A stretch of DNA of 25,915 bases from a virus (Duplodnaviria; Heunggongvirae; Uroviricota; Caudoviricetes): positions 1-25,915 of IMG/VR virus record IMGVR_UViG_2671180841_000012. The stretch is one strand, 5' to 3'. Numbering within the stretch: position 1 is the first letter of the stretch; each line of letters begins with the position of its first letter. The notes below the pieces were generated by a model that was not told the origin of the DNA, made no database searches, and worked only from the letters and a program-made list of their open reading frames with translations. Positions 1 through 7,892 of this stretch are shown piece by piece. The position numbers and the translations under genes were made by a program.

Positions 1-981
1 TTATAACGTCACTCCGCCTTTTAGTGGATTCAGAGCGACGGCATTTTGCAGATAGTCAGGCGCAAGGTGCGCATAGGCCATCGTCTGCTGAATGCTCGCA
101 TGTCCCAGAATCTGTTGCAGTGCGATTATATTGCCCCCATTCATCATGAAATGGCTTGCGAATGTATGCCGCAGGATATGGGTTGCCTGATTGGGTGGTA
201 TATCAGGTTTCACTCTGCGTAAAATCCCGCAAAATTTCTCATAATCAACTTTGAATAATTTGGCGCTGGCCTCCTCTTTAACTTTTTTCTCCAGTTCCTC
301 AGAAATCGGCACGGTTCGCTTTTTACCGTTTTTGGTTTTCAGGAAGGTAACCCTGCAATTTGTAATCTGTGCTGGTTTTAGCGTGGCAACTTCCGTCCAT
401 CTTCCTCCAGTGCTCAGACATAAAAGCGCGACAAGTAAGTCATCACCAGCCAAAACATTTAACAGTTTTTCGATTTCTGCTTTTTCCAGGAACGTCATTT
501 CAGGGTTGGCCTCCGCCAGTGGCGGCAGTCCGTGAATTGGGTGTTGCCCGGAAAATTCATCCAATTGAATTAATTTTGTGAACATGCCGGATAATCGGTA
601 CATGTCACGGTTTATCGTTGCGGCACTGATACCATCACGTAGTCGCATGGAACGATAATCCATCAAAGCCCTTTTGCTCATCCTGTTCACTGGTATATCA
701 CCTATGCCGCTGATGGTTTTGAGTAGATGATTAAACTCTTTTGTTCCATGCTCGTGGTTTTGCCCGTGATATTTCCACCAGATGTCCAGCAACTCACTCA
801 AAGTCCGGCGGTCTGCTCGCTGGCCTCCCCATTCTTTCTGACTGGCATTGGCGATTGTGTATCGCTCAAATGCTAGTGCTTCAGCTTTTCTTTCGAATTT
901 CCTGCGGATGCGTTTTCCGTCGCGACCGCGAGGTCTAATGTCCACTTCATAGCGACCATCATCGAGCTTCTTAATTGCCAT
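1..981 (-). CDS. int: P2-type tyrosine integrase
   Basis: Minus-strand ORF 1..1011; product most likely starts at the second in-frame Met (MAIKKLDDGRYEV...), the first Met adding 10 residues. C-terminal region ATHILRHTFASHF...MAYAHL is typical of tyrosine recombinases. Lies next to the C repressor as in P2. Stop codon is bases 1-3, so the attachment site must be just outside the window. Confidence 0.88.
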   Translation of the reverse strand: MAIKKLDDGRYEVDIRPRGRDGKRIRRKFERKAEALAFERYTIANASQKEWGGQRADRRTLSELLDIWWKYHGQNHEHGTKEFNHLLKTISGIGDIPVNRMSKRALMDYRSMRLRDGISAATINRDMYRLSGMFTKLIQLDEFSGQHPIHGLPPLAEANPEMTFLEKAEIEKLLNVLAGDDLLVALLCLSTGGRWTEVATLKPAQITNCRVTFLKTKNGKKRTVPISEELEKKVKEEASAKLFKVDYEKFCGILRRVKPDIPPNQATHILRHTFASHFMMNGGNIIALQQILGHASIQQTMAYAHLAPDYLQNAVALNPLKGGVTL

Positions 982-1050
982 AAGAAAGCCCTCCGGCGCT
1001 GTATTCACCATCTTGGTAGCAAATGGTGAAAATGTAATCTTTATATAGAG

Positions 1051-1344
1051 TTATCCAATCCTTTTCTCGGAGTGGTTGGACTCTGTTGACTCTGGCCCAA
1101 TGTGCGCGAGAGCCGGTGCGATTTGTCCTGCGTCCGGCGCGGTTTTATCTGTCATAAGCCATAAAGCATATTTTTGGAATGTGGGATGCATAGTGATTTT
1201 TAGCAAAGCTGTGCCACCGGGTTCAAAGTTTCCTCCTTCATATTTTTTAAGTGTGCTTAGCGGTAACTCTATGATTTCACAGAATTTTGATTGGCTTAGC
1301 CCTTCAGCCTCACGCAAGGCCTTAATCTTTTCGCTTAATTTCAT
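1051..1344 (-). CDS. C: P2 C-like immunity repressor
   Basis: 97-aa minus-strand ORF with N-terminal helix-turn-helix-like region and the motif QIAPALAH that I recall from P2 C; divergent from cox and upstream of int, as in the P2 C-int operon. Confidence 0.8.
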   Translation of the reverse strand: MKLSEKIKALREAEGLSQSKFCEIIELPLSTLKKYEGGNFEPGGTALLKITMHPTFQKYALWLMTDKTAPDAGQIAPALAHIGPESTESNHSEKRIG

Positions 1345-1465
1345 TTGACATGGTGCCTATATAGGGACTAAATTCCCTCAAAACTGGAACCTATATAGGT
1401 TCCATTGATTTGAGAATAAACCAGCGTCTAAACGGTTTTGAGTGGTTTAGAAAGGGCTGGATCCT
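1345..1465. promoter_or_regulatory. Divergent early promoter/operator region between C and cox
   Basis: 121-bp intergenic region between divergent genes. Contains a perfect 18-bp palindrome GGAACCTATATAGGTTCC (1386-1403) and a second copy of the palindromic core CCTATATAGG (1356-1365), 34 bp centre to centre. Confidence 0.55.
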
Positions 1466-1753
1466 ATGAGGGTACCATATATGGACGCTGAAAATTATGT
1501 GATTCAGTATCCGCTTGATGCGGTTCATGTGGATAAATTTGCTGATTTATTAGGGAAGCCAAAGACAGCCGTCAGTGAAATGGTGAAGGCAAATAAATTA
1601 CCAATTATTGAATTGCGTGATCCTTGCAAACCGAAGGCTCGTGCCGGTGAAAAATGGGTTTTCATTCCTGAGTTTAATCGCGCTGTACGTGAGGCGTTTT
1701 ATAACCGACCGGTTGAACAGCGTGATGCATGGCTTTTGTGGATGGGGTTGTGA
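1466..1753 (+). CDS. cox: Cox-like excisionase / early-promoter repressor
   Basis: 95-aa ORF (start could instead be the Met at 1481); conserved C-terminal half AGEKWVFIPEFN...RDAWLLWMGL resembles P2 Cox; first gene of the rightward early operon. Confidence 0.75.
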   Translation: MRVPYMDAENYVIQYPLDAVHVDKFADLLGKPKTAVSEMVKANKLPIIELRDPCKPKARAGEKWVFIPEFNRAVREAFYNRPVEQRDAWLLWMGL

Positions 1754-1755
1754 TT

Positions 1756-1926
1756 ATGAATGAGCCGCGTTGTATTGCTCAGTTACTGCGTAACGAAAGC
1801 CCCAGGGCGATTGACTTCACCATCACCCACGGGAAGGGTCGCAAGGGAATCATTATCCGCACCAAAAAACAGAGTCCGTTAAAAAAGGCTCTGACCTTTC
1901 TGAAAAGCCGGAGGTTCTGGAAATGA
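1756..1926 (+). CDS. Small early-operon hypothetical protein (P2 orf78 position)
   Basis: 56-aa ORF from the ATG at 1756, directly after the cox stop; its stop overlaps the B start (ATGA). The track ORF 1729..1926 overlaps cox and is probably an over-extension. Confidence 0.5.
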   Translation: MNEPRCIAQLLRNESPRAIDFTITHGKGRKGIIIRTKKQSPLKKALTFLKSRRFWK

Positions 1927-2423
1927 CAGTGATGACGCTCAATCTCGTCGAAAAACAGCCAGCAACTATGCGCCGGATAATTGGTAAGCATCTGGCCGTC
2001 CCTCGCTGGCAGGATACATGTGATTATTATAATCAGATGATGGAGCGCGAACGGTTAACGGTTTGCTTTCATGCGCAGTTAAAACAGCGTCACGCAACGA
2101 TGCGTTTTGAAGAAATGAACGACGTCGAACGTGAACGGCTGGTTTGTGCAATTGATGAATTGCGTGGGGCATTCTCAAAACGCCGTCAGGTTGGCGCAAG
2201 TGAGTATGCATATATTAGTTTTTTAACAGTCAGTCAGCGTCGTACTTTATTTATGCATGCCGGATTGACTGAAAAAGAATTCAACCAGCCATACTGGCGA
2301 ATTAATGAAGAGTCATGTTACTGGCGTGATGCTTTATTCCGTGCATTACGTGAATTATTCAGCCTGTTTGAGTATGCACCGACAATTCTGACGTCGGTAA
2401 AACCAGAGCAATATCTGCATTAA
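1923..2423 (+). CDS. B: Replication protein B (P2 gpB-like)
   Basis: 166-aa ORF, the same length as P2 B, in the P2 position between cox and A. Confidence 0.75.
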   Translation: MTVMTLNLVEKQPATMRRIIGKHLAVPRWQDTCDYYNQMMERERLTVCFHAQLKQRHATMRFEEMNDVERERLVCAIDELRGAFSKRRQVGASEYAYISFLTVSQRRTLFMHAGLTEKEFNQPYWRINEESCYWRDALFRALRELFSLFEYAPTILTSVKPEQYLH

Positions 2424-2486
2424 GTAATTAACCAGAGTTTTTAACGCACTTAATCGTGCGGGGCTTCTTTTTGCCTGGAGAAAGTC

Positions 2487-2711
2487 ATGCATACAGTTTC
2501 TGAAAATCAGTGCGGTAAATACGCATTACTGCTGCAACAGGCCAGAACCGAAGCACAGGCCGACGCTGCGACGCGCTTTTCTTCTCATCTTGACGCCATG
2601 ATTCGCCATATCACAAAGGCGGAGTTATCCCGCGTGGAGATAGTCGAGCTGCTCAGTCAGGAGTCGGAAAAATTTCACAATATCGGATTGTCTCGCGGGG
2701 AGGTGCTTTGA
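2487..2711 (+). CDS. Hypothetical early protein (P2 orf80 position)
   Basis: 74-aa ORF in the early operon; start preceded by GGAGAAAG; stop overlaps the next start (TGATG). Confidence 0.55.
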   Translation: MHTVSENQCGKYALLLQQARTEAQADAATRFSSHLDAMIRHITKAELSRVEIVELLSQESEKFHNIGLSRGEVL

Positions 2712-3013
2712 TGTCCTGTTCTCATTCAGTTGTATTACTGAATAACGCCTTAAAAATCGCCGTTATGAAAAATGGCGATTTGTCTCTTATTCAACTTTGT
2801 CTTGATAAAGAAAAACGCGACATAACTGAATCTGTTATCGCGATTTATCAGAATGAATTAAACCTCCTGTCTGATGTGGTCAATTTACTTGTTAAACGCG
2901 CTGTATTTCATAAGCAAATTTCATCCGTGGATGAACTGACAAAATTAACGACAGAAATCGCCAGCTATTGCGCTGATGAATTTAAGAAGCTGAACGACAA
3001 AAGGAGCTGGTAA
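2708..3013 (+). CDS. Hypothetical early protein (P2 orf81 position)
   Basis: 101-aa ORF, AT-rich, coupled to its neighbours; preceded by GGGGAGG. Confidence 0.55.
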   Translation: MMSCSHSVVLLNNALKIAVMKNGDLSLIQLCLDKEKRDITESVIAIYQNELNLLSDVVNLLVKRAVFHKQISSVDELTKLTTEIASYCADEFKKLNDKRSW

Positions 3014-3237
3014 TGCCGGACAACATAGATTTTATTCAGGAACAACAGGCTGAATTACTGGAGCGCCAGATTAACGCGGCAAGGGTAAAACATTGCGGTG
3101 TTTCTGCGCTGGTTTGCGAAGAGTGTGACGCGCCAATACCTGCTGCCCGTCGTGCAGCTTATCCGTCAGCCACGCGTTGTGTTTCCTGCCAGTCAGTCTT
3201 TGAAGCAAAAAACAAGCATTACCGGAGAATGGCATGA
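3013..3237 (+). CDS. DksA/TraR-type C4 zinc-finger protein (P2 orf82 position)
   Basis: 74-aa ORF with a CxxC...CxxC arrangement (C-EEC ... C-VSC); preceded by AAAAGGAG. Confidence 0.65.
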   Translation: MPDNIDFIQEQQAELLERQINAARVKHCGVSALVCEECDAPIPAARRAAYPSATRCVSCQSVFEAKNKHYRRMA

Positions 3238-3509
3238 GTATTCGTATCGAAATTGGCGAACGTTATGTCGTTACCAGTGACAGCTTTCAGTTTATTCTCC
3301 ACGAGAAAAAGAGAGCGGAAAGCGGTAAAAACGCCGGTCAGGAATGGCTGGCGGTGGTTGGTTATTACCCGAAATTAAGCCAGCTCGTTTCCGGCCTGAT
3401 GCATCACGATATTCTGACCGGAAGCGCAAAGTCTTTTGCTGATTTAAACGCGCAGGTTGAGCAACTCAGCAAGCGTTGTTCTGAGGCTTTTGGCTCATAT
3501 GGCCGTTAA
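3234..3509 (+). CDS. Hypothetical early protein (P2 orf83 position)
   Basis: 91-aa ORF; stop overlaps the start of A. Confidence 0.55.
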   Translation: MSIRIEIGERYVVTSDSFQFILHEKKRAESGKNAGQEWLAVVGYYPKLSQLVSGLMHHDILTGSAKSFADLNAQVEQLSKRCSEAFGSYGR

Positions 3510-5775
3510 AGCCTCCGGGCGTTTTGTCCCTCCGTCAGCATTTGCCGCAGGCACCGGTAAGGCGTTTACCGGTGCTTATGCATGGAACGCGCCACGCGAG
3601 GCTGTCGGGCGCGAAAGACCTCTTACACGTGACGAGATGCGTCAGGTGCAAGGTGTTTTATCCACGATTAACCGCCTGCCTTACTTTTTGCGCTCGCTGT
3701 TTACTTCACGCTATGACTACATCCGGCGCAATAAAAGCCCGGTGCACGGGTTTTATTTCCTCACATCCACTTTTCAGCGTCGTTTATGGCCGCGCATTGA
3801 GCGTGTGAATCAGCGCCATGAAATGAACACCGACGCGTCGATGCTGTTTCTGGCAGAGCGTGACCACTATGCGCGCCTGCCGGGAATGAATGACAAGGAG
3901 CTGAAAAAGTTTGCCGCCCGTATCTCATCGCAGCTTTTCATGATGTATGAGGAACTCAGCGATGCCTGGGTGGATGCGCATGGCGAGAAAGAATCGCTGT
4001 TTACGGATGAGGCGCAGGCTCACCTCTATGGTCATGTTGCTGGCGCTGCACGTGCTTTCAATATTTCCCCTCTCTACTGGAAAAAATACCGTAAAGGACA
4101 GATGACCACGAGGCAGGCATATTCTGCCATTGCCCGTCTGTTTAACGATGAGTGGTGGACTCATCAGCTTAAAGGCCAGCGTATGCGCTGGCATGAAGCG
4201 TTACTGATAGCTGTCGGGGAGGTCAATAAAGACCGTTCTCCTTATGCCAGTAAACATGCCATTCGTGATGTGCGTGCGCGCCGCCAGGCAAATCTGGAAT
4301 TTCTTAAATCGTGTGACCTTGAAAACAGGGAAACCGGCGAGCGCATCGACCTTATCAGTAAGGTGATGGGCAGTATTTCTAATCCTGAAATTCGCCGGAT
4401 GGAGCTGATGAACACCATTGCCGGTATTGAGCGTTACGCCGCCGCAGAGGGTGATGTGGGGATGTTTATCACGCTGACCGCGCCGTCAAAGTATCACCCG
4501 GCACGTCAGGTCGGAAAAGGCGAAAGTAAAACCGTCCAGCTTAATCACGGCTGGAATGATGAGGCATTTAATCCAAAGGATGCGCAGCGATATCTCTGCC
4601 GTATCTGGAGCCTGATGCGCACGGCATTCAAGGATAATGACTTACAGGTCTACGGTTTGCGTGTCGTCGAGCCACACCACGACGGAACGCCGCACTGGCA
4701 TATGATGCTTTTTTGTAATCCACGCCAGCGTAACCAGATTATTGAAATCATGCGTCGCTATGCGCTCAAAGAGGATGGCGACGAAAGAGGAGCCGCGCGA
4801 AACCGTTTTCAGGCAAAACACCTTAACCGGGGCGGTGCTGCGGGATATATCGCGAAATACATCTCAAAAAACATCGACGGCTATGCACTGGATGGTCAGC
4901 TCGATAATGATACCGGTAGGCCGCTGAAAGATACTGCGGCGGCTGTTACCGCATGGGCATCAACGTGGCGCATCCCGCAATTTAAAACGGTTGGCCTGCC
5001 GACAATGGGAGCTTACCGTGAGCTACGTAAATTGCCTCGCGGCGTCAGCATTGCTGATGAATTTGACGAACGCGTGGAGGCTGCACGCGCCGCCGCAGAC
5101 AGTGGCGATTTTGCGCTGTATATCAGCGCGCAGGGCGGGGCAAATGTCCCGCGCGATTGTCAGACTGTCAGGGTCGCCCGTAGCCCGTCGGATGACGTTA
5201 ACGAATACGAGGAAGAAGTCGAGAGAGTGGTCGGCATTTACGCGCCGCATCTCGGCGCGCGTCATATTCATATCACCAGAACGACGGACTGGCGCATTGT
5301 GCCGAAAGTTCCGGTCGTTGAGCCTTTGACTTTAAAAAGCGGCATCGCCGCGCCTCGGAGTCCTGTCAATAACTGTGGAAAGCTCACCGGTGGTGATACT
5401 TCGTTACCGGCTCCCACACCTTCTGAGCACGCCGCAGCAGTGCTTAATCTGGTAGATGACGGTGTTATCGAATGGAGTGACCCGGAGGTCGTGATGGCGC
5501 TCAGGGGCGCATTAAAACACGGACTGAGAACACCAAATCGTCAGCAAAGAAACGGAAGCCCGTTAAAACCACATGAAATTGCACCATCGGCCAGACTGAC
5601 CCGGTCGGAAAGAATGCAAATTACCCGTATCCGCGTTGACCTCGCTCAGAACGGTATCAGGCCGCAACGATGGGAGCTTGAGGCGCTGGCGCGTGGCGCG
5701 ACCGTAAATTATGACGGGAAAAAATTCACGTATCCGGTTGCTGATGAGTGGCCGGGGTTCTCGTTACCCATTTGA
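3499..5775 (+). CDS. A: Replication initiator A (rolling-circle, P2 gpA-like)
   Basis: Long ORF 3457..5775; start placed at the Met of MAVKASGRFVPP (3499), which overlaps the upstream stop; contains the HHDGTPHWHMM and YIAKYISKN motifs of rolling-circle initiators. In P2 the origin lies inside A; not located here. Confidence 0.88.
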   Translation: MAVKASGRFVPPSAFAAGTGKAFTGAYAWNAPREAVGRERPLTRDEMRQVQGVLSTINRLPYFLRSLFTSRYDYIRRNKSPVHGFYFLTSTFQRRLWPRIERVNQRHEMNTDASMLFLAERDHYARLPGMNDKELKKFAARISSQLFMMYEELSDAWVDAHGEKESLFTDEAQAHLYGHVAGAARAFNISPLYWKKYRKGQMTTRQAYSAIARLFNDEWWTHQLKGQRMRWHEALLIAVGEVNKDRSPYASKHAIRDVRARRQANLEFLKSCDLENRETGERIDLISKVMGSISNPEIRRMELMNTIAGIERYAAAEGDVGMFITLTAPSKYHPARQVGKGESKTVQLNHGWNDEAFNPKDAQRYLCRIWSLMRTAFKDNDLQVYGLRVVEPHHDGTPHWHMMLFCNPRQRNQIIEIMRRYALKEDGDERGAARNRFQAKHLNRGGAAGYIAKYISKNIDGYALDGQLDNDTGRPLKDTAAAVTAWASTWRIPQFKTVGLPTMGAYRELRKLPRGVSIADEFDERVEAARAAADSGDFALYISAQGGANVPRDCQTVRVARSPSDDVNEYEEEVERVVGIYAPHLGARHIHITRTTDWRIVPKVPVVEPLTLKSGIAAPRSPVNNCGKLTGGDTSLPAPTPSEHAAAVLNLVDDGVIEWSDPEVVMALRGALKHGLRTPNRQQRNGSPLKPHEIAPSARLTRSERMQITRIRVDLAQNGIRPQRWELEALARGATVNYDGKKFTYPVADEWPGFSLPI

Positions 5776-5991
5776 GTAAAAACACAACGTGATTTGATAT
5801 GGCATTGAATGGCTTATGCGGAGCAGTTATGGGGCAGCAGAAGGTCAATAGCATGCTGAATTAGAAGGCTAAATGCTATTGAGTGACTAGCATGTCGGTA
5901 AGGACAGCCGTTTGATCCGGGTCATAAAAGGCCATCCATTTAGTCTAATAAAATCATTGCGGGTAACCTTATGTCGACGCATAATTCGTCT

Positions 5992-6066
5992 TGAGCGAAG
6001 TCTTGTCAGTCTTTCATCGTATTGATGATGGGCGCAAAAAAACCACCCTGGCAGGTGGTTTTTTTG
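5992..6066 (+). ncRNA. Hypothetical small RNA (candidate antisense regulator of the 37-aa peptide mRNA)
   Basis: Promoter-like TTGCGG-N17-CATAAT (5957-5985) places a start near 5991-5993; a transcript would end at the bidirectional terminator (6036-6066). Its first 15 nt are perfectly complementary to the 5' leader of the convergent peptide gene. Purely predicted. Confidence 0.3.
6036..6066. terminator. Bidirectional intrinsic terminator
   Basis: AAAAAAACCACC-CTGGCA-GGTGGTTTTTTT: GC-containing stem flanked by an A-run on one side and a T-run on the other, so it reads as hairpin plus U-tract on both strands. Sits between the end of the A transcript and the 3' end of the minus-strand peptide gene. 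Confidence 0.7.
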
Positions 6067-6077
6067 TTTGAAGCATA

Positions 6078-6191
6078 TTAAAGCATAATGCTGACATTGA
6101 TATTACTGACGTTTACTGACAAACCACTCGGACTACCGTTTGGATAGCCAAAGAGGGCCAGAACGAGAATGCAGTAATAGCATTTCTTCAT
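6078..6191 (-). CDS. 37-aa hydrophobic small protein (candidate type I toxin-like membrane peptide)
   Basis: ATG at 6189-6191 (minus) preceded by AGGAGG four nt upstream; product MKKCYYCILVLALFGYPNGSPSGLSVNVSNINVSIML has two Lys then a ~13-residue hydrophobic stretch and a polar tail; stop TAA at 6078-6080 is followed by the terminator. The track ORF 6078..6344 is a longer in-frame extension lacking a comparable RBS. Confidence 0.55.
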   Translation of the reverse strand: MKKCYYCILVLALFGYPNGSPSGLSVNVSNINVSIML

Positions 6192-6669
6192 ATTGCCTCC
6201 TGTAAGTAGAGGGCAACTTCCACCGGTATATGCGCTTCTTAGGTGGAATGACTTTTGAGCGAAGTCTTGCCCTGAAATAATGCTCTGTTTAAACGCAAAG
6301 TGATTTGGCATATCACCGAACAGAGAGCCGGAAAAACACAACATATAGTATGTCGTTGTTTCTAGGCATACATTCTATGTTGTGTAACAAGGGCTTTGCA
6401 TTAAACATGTTTGAGATTTTATTGATGTAGCTCAAAGTAAAAAACAGAGACTACGGATGATAAGGTCTTGAAAGCAATGTAAATTTTTTAAAGTTGCCAA
6501 TTGCTTAAAAATGTACAGTTGCGGTATGGCGTACTTAAAAAGCTATGCATGCAACAAGTGAATGTTTTTGCATGCGTTGGGGATGTCCGTTCAGGCGGCG
6601 TGCGGTCAGGACTGGTGCGGATCCATAGTATCTATGCAACTGCATTAAAACCGCCCCGTGAAGCGGGCG

Positions 6670-6688
6670 GGCGAGGCGGGGAAAGCAC
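6670..6688. other. cos site (P2-type 19-nt cohesive end)
   Basis: Sequence GGCGAGGCGGGGAAAGCAC matches the P2 cohesive-end sequence as I recall it, in the expected place just upstream of Q. Its presence internal to the element fits a prophage permuted from att. Confidence 0.6.
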
Positions 6689-6857
6689 TGCGCGCTGGCG
6701 GTGGTGCTGATTTTATTTTTTCAGCGTCTGAGCGCGTCGTGATGGCGTTTAGATTGTTCGCCGGGGCGTTGGTGTGTCTGCGGGCTGTTTTGTGCGGTGG
6801 TGAGCGTGTGAGGGCGTGATGGCGGGGTGTAAAAAAGCCGCCCGCAGGCGGCGATGT

Positions 6858-7892
6858 TCAGCCGTTGTCAGTGTCCAGTGAGTAGTTTTTAAAGCGGATG
6901 ACCTCCTGACCGAGCCAGCCGTTTATTTCCCGAATCCTGTCCTGTAACGGGATTAGCTCATTGCGGACAAAGACCTTTGCCACTTTCTCAATATCGCCCA
7001 GTGACCCGACGTTCTCCGGCTTGCCACCCATCAACTGAAAGGGGATGCGGTGTGCGTCCAGCAGGTCAGCGGCGCTGGCTTTTTTGATATTAAAAAAATC
7101 GTCCTTCGTCGCCACTTCACTGAGCGGGATAATTTTAATGCCGTCGGCTTTCCCCTGCGGGGCATAGAGAAACAGGTTTTTAAAGTTGTTGCGGCCTTTC
7201 GACTTCACCATGTTTTCGCGAAGCATTTCGATATCGTTGCGATCCTGCACGGCATCGGTAACGTACATGATGTATCCGGCATGTGCGCCGTTTTCGTAAT
7301 ACTTTCGGCGGAACAGCGTGGCCGACTCATTCAGCCAGGCAGAATTAAGGGCGCTGAGATATTCCGGCAGGCCGTACAACTCCTGATTAATATCCGGCTC
7401 CAGCAGGTGAAACACGGAGCCGGGTGTGAAGGCTGTCGGCTCGTTGAAGGACGGCACCCACCAGTAAACATCCTCCTCCACGCCACGGCGGGTATATTTT
7501 GCCGGTGAGGTTTCCAGTCTGATGACCTTACCGGTGGTGCTGTAACGCTTTTCCAGAAACGCATTACCGAACACCAGAAAATCCAGCACAAAACGGCTGA
7601 AATCCTGCTGGGAAAGCCACGGGTGCGGGATAAACGTTGAAGCCAGAATATTACGTTTGACGTAAATCGGTGAGCTGTGATGCACGGCAGCACGCAGGCT
7701 TTTTGCCAGACCGGTAAAGCTGACCGGCGGCTCATACCATCTGCCGTTACTGATGCACTCGACGTAATCCAGAATGTCACGGCGGTCGAGTACCGGCACC
7801 GGCTCGCCAAAGGTGAATGCTTCCATTTTCGGGGCGCTGGCGGTGATTGTTTTTGCCGCAGGTCGCGGTGTTTTCCCTTTTTTCTTGCTCAT
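6858..7892 (-). CDS. Q: Portal protein (P2 gpQ-like)
   Basis: 344-aa minus-strand ORF, the same length as P2 Q; start overlaps the stop of P; first gene next to cos. Confidence 0.88.
   Translation of the reverse strand: MSKKKGKTPRPAAKTITASAPKMEAFTFGEPVPVLDRRDILDYVECISNGRWYEPPVSFTGLAKSLRAAVHHSSPIYVKRNILASTFIPHPWLSQQDFSRFVLDFLVFGNAFLEKRYSTTGKVIRLETSPAKYTRRGVEEDVYWWVPSFNEPTAFTPGSVFHLLEPDINQELYGLPEYLSALNSAWLNESATLFRRKYYENGAHAGYIMYVTDAVQDRNDIEMLRENMVKSKGRNNFKNLFLYAPQGKADGIKIIPLSEVATKDDFFNIKKASAADLLDAHRIPFQLMGGKPENVGSLGDIEKVAKVFVRNELIPLQDRIREINGWLGQEVIRFKNYSLDTDNG

Noticed and set aside
1-1011. Longer integrase start at the first Met (MVNTAPEGFLM...).
   Set aside because: The P2-type Int N-terminus begins MAIKKL at the second Met; the 10-residue extension is not conserved as far as I recall and would shrink the int-C spacer, so it is a less likely start, but not excluded.
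6078-6344. 88-aa extended version of the small peptide ORF.
   Set aside because: The strong AGGAGG RBS sits in front of the internal Met at 6189-6191; the upstream extension has no comparable translation signal and would place the 15-nt repeat inside the coding sequence. Kept as the 37-aa form, though a 77-aa form from the Met at 6309-6311 cannot be excluded.
6501-6710. 69-aa plus-strand ORF in the A-Q intergenic region.
   Set aside because: It runs through the cos site, has no Shine-Dalgarno, and its product is Gly/Arg-rich low complexity; more likely non-coding cos-flanking sequence.
7050-7508. Plus-strand 152-aa ORF inside the portal gene Q, and similar antisense ORFs elsewhere (8927..9637, 11975..12574, 15883..16407, 17608..18219).
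   Set aside because: They lie wholly antisense to well-supported P2-like structural genes in GC-rich DNA, have no RBS, and their translations are low-complexity (Arg/Gly/Ala/His-rich); typical shadow ORFs.
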